From positions 1 to 64,000 of the forward strand of contig CAVZJB010000013.1 of the NCBI GenBank assembly GCA_963775425.1: a stretch of 64,000 bases of DNA. Reading direction: 5' to 3'. This stretch comes from an uncultured delta proteobacterium. Its GTDB lineage: Bacteria; Myxococcota; UBA727; VGSZ01. This document shows, in pieces, positions 38,806-47,369 of this stretch. Every line of letters begins with the position of its first letter. Position 1 is the first letter of the stretch. The notes under the pieces were generated by a model that saw only the letters and a list, made by a program, of their open reading frames with translations, did not search any database and had not been told where the DNA came from. A program made the position numbers and the translations under genes.

Positions 38806-40158
38806 TCAACGCCCCGCGCGCGCCGCCCGCTCCGTCACCCCGGTGAACGACAGGCAGCCGCTTTGCCCGCAGCTCCGGCCGGCCGCCGAGGGGACGTGAA
38901 AGCGCAGGAGCGACACGGGCGCGCCGGGCTTCACGCCGAACGTGCGCAGCACGCCGTCGGGGTCGCCGCAGGTCGAGGTGCCCGCGGCAGGCACCGCGAG
39001 CTCATAGATGAAGAAGCCGCCGCTCACCGCGCTCGCGCCGTCGTCGTCGAGGACGTCGACGAGCGCGAGCACGTGCTTGTTGCCCCACGCCTTGCCGACC
39101 CTCAGGCGGAGGCAAGGGACGCCGCCCCGTTGTTCGACCGCGGCCTCGACGCACTTGCCCGCGCAGGCGGCGCCGTCGGGGCCGTGCGTGCGAAACGCGG
39201 GGCGGATGGGCATCGGGGCGAAGCGCAGCTCCGCGTGGTGCGACGCGAGCAACGTCCGGTGCCGCATCAAGACGTCGTTGCCGAGGATGCTCTCGTAGGC
39301 CTGGTCGGCGAGGACGGGGCCGACGTCGACGCGCTCGCGGCCGAGCCGAAAGTGGGGGAGGACGTACGCGCCCTTGCTGGCCTTGCCCGTGCCGTCGAAG
39401 CCCGCGATGGCGCGCGCAAAGCGGTGGTCGAGGGGGACCGCGGCAGGGTCGGCGACGACGGGGTCGAGCGTGGAGTGCGGCGCGCCGGTGTCGATGAGCA
39501 TCACCGCCGTGATCCGCCCGCTGTCGTCGAGCGGCAGCGCGGCGAAGGCGCGGTCGCGCACGGAGATCCGCACCACAGAGTCGCGCGCGGTGAGCGTTCC
39601 CTTGCCCGCGGGGAAGACGCCGAGGAGCCCCTCGTCGAGCGCGAACAACAGATCGGTGCTGAAGAGGACCTCGAAGCCGAGGAGGATGTCGCAGTCGGCG
39701 AGGCGGGGCACCACGTCCGCCTCGAGGCCCTCGAGGTGGATGTCGCCGAGCTCGACGGTGCCGAGGTGCACGCGGTAGTGCTCAATCTTCTTGTGATTGA
39801 TGTCGAACGACGTGACCATCCGGTGCGACACCGAGGCGGCGTCGAGGCCGAGGGCGTGCGAAGCCGACGCCGAGATGGTCGTGATGTACGCGCCCGTGTC
39901 GATGATCGCCGTGAGCTCGTGCCCCTGGATGCGCACGGGGAAGCGCAGCCGCAGACCCTGCGAGAGATCGATCGGCAGCCACGCCGCCCCCGGCTTGCGT
40001 CGCGGGAGATCGACGACGTCGCCGCCCGCGTCCATGCGCGGCTCGGCGGCGTGCGGGCGGCGAGCGAGCGGCAGCGGGGACAGCGACGAGGGCGGCGGCG
40101 CGCCCGCGAGCGCGCCGGTCGCAGCCATCAGGACGCACAGCGGCAGAATCCTCGTCAT
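38806..40158 (-). CDS. Secreted tandem retropepsin-like aspartyl protease
   Basis: Signal peptide; IIDTGA...ILLGFEVL and LIDTGA...ILGNDVL. Confidence 0.85.
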   Translation of the reverse strand: MTRILPLCVLMAATGALAGAPPPSSLSPLPLARRPHAAEPRMDAGGDVVDLPRRKPGAAWLPIDLSQGLRLRFPVRIQGHELTAIIDTGAYITTISASASHALGLDAASVSHRMVTSFDINHKKIEHYRVHLGTVELGDIHLEGLEADVVPRLADCDILLGFEVLFSTDLLFALDEGLLGVFPAGKGTLTARDSVVRISVRDRAFAALPLDDSGRITAVMLIDTGAPHSTLDPVVADPAAVPLDHRFARAIAGFDGTGKASKGAYVLPHFRLGRERVDVGPVLADQAYESILGNDVLMRHRTLLASHHAELRFAPMPIRPAFRTHGPDGAACAGKCVEAAVEQRGGVPCLRLRVGKAWGNKHVLALVDVLDDDGASAVSGGFFIYELAVPAAGTSTCGDPDGVLRTFGVKPGAPVSLLRFHVPSAAGRSCGQSGCLSFTGVTERAARAGR

Positions 40159-40254
40159 CGGCCCCTGAATCGTACCGCGTGATTGCGCTTCACGCACGAC
40201 CGCAGGCGAATGCGGAATTGATTCCCACCGCCCGCGGCGCGTCGCGGACGGGTT

Positions 40255-40283
40255 TTGACTTCGCCCCTGCGCTCGCCCACCGT
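40255..40283 (+). promoter_or_regulatory. Putative promoter of the frameshifted surface-protein gene
   Basis: TTGACT-N17-CACCGT, 7 nt before ATG 40291. Confidence 0.35.
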
Positions 40284-40290
40284 CCGCCGC

Positions 40291-42263
40291 ATGCTCCGCG
40301 CGCTCCCGCTCGTCACGCTGATCGTCTCCCAGGCCGCGCTCGCCACGAGCCTCGTCCCCGCGCCGGGGGAGCCGGGCGCCGACGCGGCGCTGCACGCTCT
40401 CGCCGCCGGCTACGAGCGACAGTTCCACACGTTCAACACGCCGCTCGGCGGGGCCGTCGACGCGTTCATCGCCGACCCGGACCACAGGAGCCTCGTCGAG
40501 GCGTTTCTCGCGCAGGACGCGGAGCCGGACTTCCTGTCGTTCACGACGGCGCAGGGAGCGCCGCTCGGCCCCCGTGACGTCGTGGACGCGTACGGCGAGG
40601 TCGGCGACCTCGGCATGTTCGGCGGCGTCGCCGCGGCGGGCGACGCGTTCCGCTACGTGGTGCTGCGCGACGGAGGCGCGCCGGCCGCCGACGTGGACGC
40701 GGCGCGCGCCGACCTGCTCGCGGCCATTGAGATCTTCCACGTGTTCGGCACCATCACGGGCTTCCCCGGCGGCGTCGCGCGCGGGGTCACGCAGGTCGGC
40801 GTCGACGGCGGCACCATCGAGCCGCCAGCGTCGACGTGCCCCGCCGCAAGAGACCGCGACCACGACGCGTGGCGCGCCGACGCCTCCGGGCAGCTCCCCG
40901 GCTGGATTCTGGCTCGACAACAGCAGCAAGGACCAGGTGCTCGGCTACGTGTTCGCGCTCGGCGCGTTCTGGGACGCCGTGGGCGCGGACCCGTCCGTCG
41001 ACGACAGCGTGCGCGCGCGGCTCCAGGCGGACGCCGCCGCGTTCGCGCACGCGCTGATGGAGCCGGTGGACGTCGGCGCGAGCGAGAGCATCGACCTCGT
41101 CATTCGCGACGCCGGCGGCTGCCCCACGTTCTTTCACGATCTGAACCCGCGCGAGATCGTCGACGGGAGCGGGCCCCCCGTCATCCTGCCGGCCGGCACC
41201 AGCACGCCCAACGCCTTCAACGCGCTCGCGGCGCTCGGCGTCATCCGCACGCTCTATCATGTGAGCGGCGACGACGACGTGCGCGCGTATTACTACGACG
41301 AGCTCGTCGGCAACCGCGGCTATGCGGACATGCTCGACCAGGGCCCGGCCCGCCTGAAGAACATGTTCGTCGACGTGTGCGTGCTCGGCTCCTGCTCGGC
41401 CACCAACTTCTCCAACGTCAACATGGCGTTCGTCGCCATCTATCCGTTGCTCCGTTACGAGAGCGATCCGGGGCTGCGGGCGCGCTACCGCGACGTCCTC
41501 GACGGAGAGCTGTGGAACAACGGCAGGTCCACGGGCGGGAGCAGCATCCACCAGCCCTTCTTCAGCCTCATCGAGGCGGGGCTGCGCGCGGGCGCCAGCG
41601 ACGACGCCGCGGCCGACGACGCCGCCGCGGGCCTCGCGGGCTTCCGCACGCCCCCGTACTGGAACGACGCCGTCGTCAACTGCGACGCCGGCGAGCTCGC
41701 CGCCGGCTCCTGCGTCGGCGTCGACGGCACCACCGCCATCACCCTCGACGACGTGCCCGGCCGCGGCGGGGCTCCGGAGGCGGACGCGCCCCTGGCGATG
41801 CCCATCCGTCCGCCGAGCGACTTCACGTGGCGGAGCGATCCGCGCGAGGTCAACGGCGGCGGCGGCAGCAGGCTCAACCCGGGCGGCGACTTCCTCGCCG
41901 CATATTGGCTCGGCCGCCTCCTCGCGCGCAGCGTCGACGACGACGACAACCTCTCGCCCGTCCTCCGCAACCGCGACGGCAGCGGCGGCCCCGCCCTCGG
42001 CGAAGGCGAAGGGCGAGGGCGAGGGCGAGGGCGAAGCCGGCGAAGGCGAAGGCGAGGGCGAAGGCGAAGGCGAGGGCGAAGGCGAAGGCGAAGGAGAAGG
42101 AGAAGGAGAAGGAGAGGGCGAGGGCGACGCCGCGGCCGCCGACGGCTGCACCTGCGGCACGGCCGCGGCGCCCGACGGAGCCGCGGGGCTGGCGCTCGTC
42201 GCCGGGATCGTCGCGCTGCGGCGTCGCCGCGCGGCCGGCTCCGTGAAGCGCCGCGCGAAGTGA
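40291..42263 (+). pseudogene. Secreted MYXO-CTERM surface protein gene with two +1 frameshifts (pseudogene or sequencing error)
   Basis: Frame 1 MLRALPLV...GQLPGW; extra base at ~40907 (ATTC TGG); frame 2 WLDNSSKDQ...GPALGEGE; extra G at ~42011; frame 3 poly-GE-DGCTCG...LALVAGIVALRRRR...TGA 42263. Confidence 0.8.
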
Positions 42264-42500
42264 TCGCGAGCTGGGTCCGCGGCGCACTGTCACGACGTCA
42301 CCGACGATGCTGTCCTGCGGGTGGTGCGTGCCGAGGGCAGCGCGTGCGACTCGCGGTCACGGCGGCGGTCTCGGTCCGGTTGCACACCCTCGGCGTGACC
42401 GCGCACGTGCGCCGCACGCGCGCGCCGGACACGCGACCGCTCGCCGCGCGCCCGTCACGCTCAGCCGCGTTCGAACCCTCGCAGCACCCTGATCGGTGTT

Positions 42501-43034
42501 CTACGCCGTGTCGGGCTCGCGCACGGCCTTCAGCAACAGATCGATGCGCTCCTCGTCGCCCTTCCACGGCGGCAGGAAGCGCGCGCGGCGCTCGGCGCGG
42601 GTGAGCACCAGCGTCGAGGTGGAGCGCGCCAGGCCGTGGCGCTGGGCCTCGCGCAGGAACAGGCGACGCACCGCCAGCGTGCCGATGGCGAACACGGGCA
42701 TCCCGACGATGCCGGCGAGCGTGCCGTAGATGAGCGCCGCGTAGGTCGGGTCCGCCACGCGCAGGACTCCGAAGACGAGCGCGCCGGCGACGGCGGCGGC
42801 GGCGGTGACGCCGAGCTTGATGCGGCGCAGGCCCACCAGCGTCTTCAAGAGCCCGGCGAGGGTGTCGTCGTCGACGTCGCGCACGCGCCGCATCCACGGC
42901 TCTACGAATTGGCCGCCGGAGTGCGCCGCGAACGGCGACGCGAGAACGTTGCCGTGCCCCGGCGGGCGTGCTCCGTCGCCGACGGGCACGCCGAGCTCCG
43001 TCGCGCCGCCCCCCGGCTCGTTCGGCTCGCCCAT
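42501..43034 (-). CDS. Hypothetical 2-TM membrane protein
   Basis: Two hydrophobic helices; TATGTT 6 nt upstream of the ATG. Confidence 0.65.
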   Translation of the reverse strand: MGEPNEPGGGATELGVPVGDGARPPGHGNVLASPFAAHSGGQFVEPWMRRVRDVDDDTLAGLLKTLVGLRRIKLGVTAAAAVAGALVFGVLRVADPTYAALIYGTLAGIVGMPVFAIGTLAVRRLFLREAQRHGLARSTSTLVLTRAERRARFLPPWKGDEERIDLLLKAVREPDTA

Positions 43035-43108
43035 GTCCCGAACATACCGGTCCCGGCGTCGTCGGGCGATGGGCGGTCGCTTGCATGTCTCGACGAGCGC
43101 CGGGCAAC

Positions 43109-44062
43109 ATGACCGTTGTGAACCCGGCGCAATTCCGGCTGCTCCTCGCGGGCCCCAAGGTGTCGCGCCTTCTGCCGTTCTTCACCGCGCGCGGCTACGT
43201 CGCCGACGCCGCCGTCAGCGGCGAAGAGGCGCTCGAGCACATGCGCATGGCCCCGCGCCACGTGCTCCTCGTGGAGCTGGAGCTCGAGGACATGATCGTC
43301 GCCGAGCTGCTCGAGCACGTCCGCGAGGAGAACCTCGCCGGCGCCGTCATCCTCCTCGAAGATCCCGCCAAGAGCGGCCTCATCGTCGCCACGCTGCTGC
43401 GCGGCGTCGACGGCTACGTCGCCACGCCGCCCGACGAGCAGTACCTCTTTCGTCTCATCGAGCGGCAACTGCTCGCCCAGTGGGCCCTCGCGCAGGAGGG
43501 GCAGACCCAGTCTGATCAACGCGACAAGCAGCGGCTCGAAAAGACCCTGCAGCTCGAGCGCGCCAAGGTCACCGAGCTCGTCAAGGAGATCGCTTCGCTG
43601 CGCGAAGAGCTTCACCGCGCGCGCGCCCGCGCCGAGCCGCTCGTGCCGAGCGCCCACAGGGAGATCGAAGAGGTGCTCGACGACGAGAGCGGCACCTTCG
43701 ATCCCGATCTCCCGGCGGACGGCGACTTCTCCGAGCAAGCCACGCAGTTCCGCCCGCAGATCCCCGGCTTCGACGACGCCGCGGCCGAGGAGCTGGCCAT
43801 GCAGAAGACCTCGCCGGCGCGGCAGCCGGCGATGATGGACGACAAGACCTCGCCGAAGGGCTTCAATCCCCTCGACGCGCCCTTCGCCGACATGCCCCAC
43901 ACGCGCCCCATGCCCGCCCAGGGACCGGAGCCGGCGGTGAGCAAGCCCAAGCAGGACGCCCCCGTCGACGACGCCTCGGAATCCGACCTCTTCCTCGACC
44001 TCGACGAGGACACCTCGGAGCTCGACCTCGACGGACTGCGCAAGGCACCGAAGCGCCCGTGA
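43109..44062 (+). CDS. Atypical receiver domain + coiled coil + acidic tail
   Basis: GYVADAAVSGEEAL, VLLVELEL (Asp replaced by Glu), GVDGYVATP (Lys lost), coiled coil. Confidence 0.7.
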   Translation: MTVVNPAQFRLLLAGPKVSRLLPFFTARGYVADAAVSGEEALEHMRMAPRHVLLVELELEDMIVAELLEHVREENLAGAVILLEDPAKSGLIVATLLRGVDGYVATPPDEQYLFRLIERQLLAQWALAQEGQTQSDQRDKQRLEKTLQLERAKVTELVKEIASLREELHRARARAEPLVPSAHREIEEVLDDESGTFDPDLPADGDFSEQATQFRPQIPGFDDAAAEELAMQKTSPARQPAMMDDKTSPKGFNPLDAPFADMPHTRPMPAQGPEPAVSKPKQDAPVDDASESDLFLDLDEDTSELDLDGLRKAPKRP

Positions 44063-44067
44063 CTGAC

Positions 44068-44097
44068 CGCTCCCTCCGGTCGCTTCCCTCCGGTCGC
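44068..44097. repeat. Two overlapping copies of the dispersed motif CGCTCCCTCCGGTCGC
   Basis: Copies also at 45474-45489 (+, 1 mismatch) and 47236-47251 (-, exact). Confidence 0.7.
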
Positions 44098-44100
44098 CTC

Positions 44101-44709
44101 TCAGCGCGTGTGACGCTCGACGCCGGCGGGGATGCCGCCCGCGACGGCGCCTCTCGCCTTGAGCCCGCGCAGCCACAAGAGGCGATCCTGGAACGCCTCG
44201 AGCGCGGCCATGAGCGGCGCCGGGTCGAGGTCGTCGAGGACGGCGAGCGAGCGGGCCACGGCCTCGAGCGTGCTCATGCCGTCGTCGTGCGGCCCCTTGC
44301 GCAGCGCGTACGCCGAGGGGCCGGCGGGCGCGCGCGCGAAGGGGATGCCCTGGGCCGCGAAGCGCTTGCGCATGCGCGCCGCCTGCCGCCAGTTGGCGTC
44401 GAGGACGACGAGGGCCAGGCCCTCCTCGCCGCGAAAGGCCTCGATCGAGCGCGCGCCCGCGACCGGGAAGAGCACCACCGGGCGCCGACCGCGCAGCGCG
44501 CCGTCGACGGCGGCGATCTCGTCGTGAAACACCAGCGCGCTGTTGTCGAGGCAACGCACCGCGAGGCGCCCGGTGTTGGTGGACTTGCGATGCTCGAGCT
44601 TGTGCATCACCACGGTGACGCGGGTGCGGTTGTGCAACCACGGCAGCGACGCACAGATGCACAACGCTTCCTTCAAGAAGCAGCCTTCGCAGCGGGGCGC
44701 GAGCGACAT
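44101..44709 (-). CDS. DTW-domain tRNA-uridine aminocarboxypropyltransferase (TapT/YfiP-like)
   Basis: RCEGC...LCIC, H..E..KSTNTG, VLFP, LDANWRQA, YALRK, MSTLEA. Confidence 0.88.
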   Translation of the reverse strand: MSLAPRCEGCFLKEALCICASLPWLHNRTRVTVVMHKLEHRKSTNTGRLAVRCLDNSALVFHDEIAAVDGALRGRRPVVLFPVAGARSIEAFRGEEGLALVVLDANWRQAARMRKRFAAQGIPFARAPAGPSAYALRKGPHDDGMSTLEAVARSLAVLDDLDPAPLMAALEAFQDRLLWLRGLKARGAVAGGIPAGVERHTR

Positions 44710-44721
44710 ATGGCGCACGGC

Positions 44722-45462
44722 ATGGACTCTAACGGCGACGTCGCCGACGCGCTCGTGGCGGCGGCGCGCGACCTCAGCGCGGCGGTCGCCAGGATGCGCT
44801 TCGGCGCGCCCGTGGCGTGCGTCTACAACCCGCTGTCGTACGCGTGGGCCGCCCACGAGCAGTACCTGCGGCGCTACGGCAACGGACGAAAGCGGATCGT
44901 GCTCGTGGGAATGAACCCCGGGCCGTTCGGCATGGCGCAGACCGGCGTGCCCTTCGGCGAGGTCACCGTCGTGACGACGTGGATGAAGATCGACGCGCCC
45001 ATTCACAAGCCCCGGCGCGAGCACCCCGCGCGCCCCGTGCTCGGCTACGCCTGCACCCGCAGCGAGGTGAGCGGCGGGCGGCTGTGGGGCGCCGTCTCTT
45101 TGAAGTTCAAAGACCCCGCGCGCTTCTTCCGCGACCACTTCGTCCTCAATTACTGCCCCCTGCTCTTCCTCGAGGACAGCGGCAGGAATCGCACCCCCGA
45201 CAAGCTGCCGCCGAAGGAGCGGGCCCGCCTCGAGGCCGCGTGCGACGCCCACCTGGCGCGGGCGCTGGCGGCGCTCTCGCCGGCGGTGGTGCTCGGCGTC
45301 GGTGCGTACGCGAAGAAGCGCGTGGAGCGGGTGCGCGGCGATGCCACCTTTCGCGTCGGCATGCTCCCCCACCCGAGCCCGGCCAGCCCGGCGGCGAACC
45401 GGGGGTGGGACCGCCTCGCGCGCGACGCACTTGTGGAACAGGGAATCGAGCCATTTCTCTGA
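44722..45462 (+). CDS. SMUG1-type (family 3) uracil-DNA glycosylase
   Basis: VYNPL, GMNPGPFGMAQTGVPFG, EVSGGRLW, NYCPL, HPSPASP; alternative ATG 44710. Confidence 0.93.
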   Translation: MDSNGDVADALVAAARDLSAAVARMRFGAPVACVYNPLSYAWAAHEQYLRRYGNGRKRIVLVGMNPGPFGMAQTGVPFGEVTVVTTWMKIDAPIHKPRREHPARPVLGYACTRSEVSGGRLWGAVSLKFKDPARFFRDHFVLNYCPLLFLEDSGRNRTPDKLPPKERARLEAACDAHLARALAALSPAVVLGVGAYAKKRVERVRGDATFRVGMLPHPSPASPAANRGWDRLARDALVEQGIEPFL

Positions 45463-45601
45463 TTCGGCACGGCCGCTCCCTCCGATCGCTGGATCGCCCT
45501 GGCGTGGTCGTCTCAAATCGAGGCATTTGTTGCGTCTGTCCCGTCTCGGTCGATTAGCATTGCAGAGGATGATGACGACGGGTGGACAGAAGCCGCGGGG
45601 A

Positions 45602-45838
45602 ATGACCGCCTTTGCTGATCGCGTGTACGACGTGCTGCAGGTGTTCACTGTCTCGCCCTGGAACGTCCTCAAGGTCGAGTGCGGCTGGCGCGGCGTCGAT
45701 CCGCTCACGCTGGACCCGGACCACCTGGAGTCCCTCATCCCGTCTTTGGGCGCCCACGTGGCGCGCATGACCGACGAGGATCACGCCCGCGATCTGATGA
45801 ACCGGCTGCGCGCGCTCCTGCTCGCCCCGGTGGCGTGA
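45602..45838 (+). CDS. Small helical hypothetical protein (78 aa)
   Basis: GC3-biased ORF MTAFADRV...LRALL after GGGGA; alternative starts upstream. Confidence 0.55.
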   Translation: MTAFADRVYDVLQVFTVSPWNVLKVECGWRGVDPLTLDPDHLESLIPSLGAHVARMTDEDHARDLMNRLRALLLAPVA

Positions 45839-45841
45839 GCG

Positions 45842-46405
45842 TCACCGAAGCAACGGACGCACGCGGCGCACGAGGCCCTGCTCGTTGAGCACGCCGCCGC
45901 TGTCGTCGACGCGGACGGCGCCGTCTCGATCGAGGATCACGAGGCGCGGCACGTAGCTGGCCTCGCCGAGCGCGCTGGTCCCGGCGCGCACGCGGGGGCC
46001 CGCGATCACCACGGCGTGCTTCACGCCGAGCACCTCGGCGTAGCTCTGCAGCGCCACGCGGGCGAGCGACTCGTCGTCGACGAGCACGGTGACGACGAAG
46101 ACCGGCTCGCCGTGGAGCGCGACGGCGACGTCGTCGAGCACCTTCGCGTTGACGTTGCAGGCGGCCGCCCACGAGGTGCAGACGTCGACGACGACGACCT
46201 TGCCGCGGTAGGCGTCGAGATCGCCCCGGTGGCCGGCGGCGTCGCGGAAGTCGATGGTGGCGGCGGGCCGCTCGCGGCCCACCGGCGCCGTCGCGCACCC
46301 CGCGGCACACAGACCGACCGCGAGCGCCACCGCGCCGTAGCGCTGCGTAGCGTACGACGCACTCCGCGCGCGGGCGCCTCGACGCAACTGCCTGCTTTTC
46401 CTCAT
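45842..46405 (-). CDS. TlpA-like thioredoxin-fold lipoprotein with an atypical active site
   Basis: AAGC lipobox, YRGKVVVVDVCTSWAAAC, VPRLVILDRDG; start uncertain. Confidence 0.75.
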   Translation of the reverse strand: MRKSRQLRRGARARSASYATQRYGAVALAVGLCAAGCATAPVGRERPAATIDFRDAAGHRGDLDAYRGKVVVVDVCTSWAAACNVNAKVLDDVAVALHGEPVFVVTVLVDDESLARVALQSYAEVLGVKHAVVIAGPRVRAGTSALGEASYVPRLVILDRDGAVRVDDSGGVLNEQGLVRRVRPLLR

Positions 46406-46426
46406 GTCGTACACGCAGCCTGCCGC

Positions 46427-46442
46427 TGGCACCGACCCTGCT
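46427..46442 (+). promoter_or_regulatory. Putative sigma-54 (-24/-12) promoter
   Basis: TGGCACCGACCCTGCT with GG-N10-GC spacing, upstream of GGAGG and ATG 46469. Confidence 0.55.
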
Positions 46443-46468
46443 GTGTCGCTGCGCCCCCCGGAGGACGC

Positions 46469-46675
46469 ATGACCCGTCAGCTCCACCGCGCCGCCCTCAC
46501 CCGCTTCGCCGTCCGCCTCGGCATCGGCGCCACATTGGCCGCCGGCGTGGTCGCGCTCGCGCTCCCCGGCGGCGTCGCCCCCGTCGCGCTCGCCGTCGGC
46601 GCGGGTGGCCTGGTCGCCCTGTCCGGCCTCGGCTCCGGCCGCCGGCCGCGCTCGCGCGTCACACGCCGCTCCTGA
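46469..46675 (+). CDS. Small 2-TM membrane protein (68 aa)
   Basis: GGAGG RBS; two hydrophobic segments; basic tail. Confidence 0.55.
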   Translation: MTRQLHRAALTRFAVRLGIGATLAAGVVALALPGGVAPVALAVGAGGLVALSGLGSGRRPRSRVTRRS

Positions 46676-46738
46676 TCGCTGAACGCACCCGGTCCTCTCG
46701 ACATCCGAGACGCACCTTACGCACTTCGGGCCCCCGGC

Positions 46739-47143
46739 TCATGCGGTGCGCTCTCCGACGTCGTCGCGCAGCGGGATCGCCTTGCCCTTGCCCTGCTCGT
46801 GCGCCACGGACACGATCGTGCTGATGCCGCCGCGCACGTTGAAGTGCCCGGTGACGACGAGCTTGCGCGGGCCGAGCGCGGCGACGAGGTCGTCGGCGAT
46901 GGTGTTGGTCACCTTCTCGTGGAACGCGCCCTCGTTGCGAAACGACCACAGGTAGCTCTTGAGCGACTTGGACTCGACGCAGAAGCGGTCCGGCACATAG
47001 CGGATCTCGATGCGCGCGAAGTCAGGCTGCCCCGTGAGCGGGCACAGGCAGGTGAACTCCGGGCAGTCGAACGCGATCTCGTAGTCGCGCGCGGGCTCGG
47101 GGTTGTCGAAGCGCTCGAGGAGTCTCGACGGCTGCGTCGCCAT
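46739..47143 (-). CDS. queF: NADPH-dependent 7-cyano-7-deazaguanine reductase (unimodular QueF)
   Basis: [35 protein letters not shown]. Confidence 0.95.
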   Translation of the reverse strand: MATQPSRLLERFDNPEPARDYEIAFDCPEFTCLCPLTGQPDFARIEIRYVPDRFCVESKSLKSYLWSFRNEGAFHEKVTNTIADDLVAALGPRKLVVTGHFNVRGGISTIVSVAHEQGKGKAIPLRDDVGERTA

Positions 47144-47369
47144 GGTGGGCGCACGTTATTGAAACCGTCCGTCGAGGCAACGCCCCTCGCTCGATCCGTC
47201 GCTGTGGGCTGCCGTCACAATCGCTATCGTGATCGGCGACCGGAGGGAGCGGCCGCAGATCCCGGCCTTGTCGCTGGGGCCACGGGGGCGATCTTCAGCG
47301 GACTCCCGCTTGCCGGATGCACCCGGCTCGCATACGCCCTTTCATGATCCATCCGAACCGGAACCCCCT

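Noticed and set aside
44722-47143. queF + SMUG1 as a 7-deazaguanine DNA-modification (dpd) or defence island
   Set aside because: No dpdA/tgt, queC/D/E or restriction genes; both look like ordinary housekeeping enzymes.
47144-47369. preQ1 riboswitch upstream of queF
   Set aside because: No short stem plus A-rich tail seen; a -10-like box 9 nt before the ATG suggests almost no leader.
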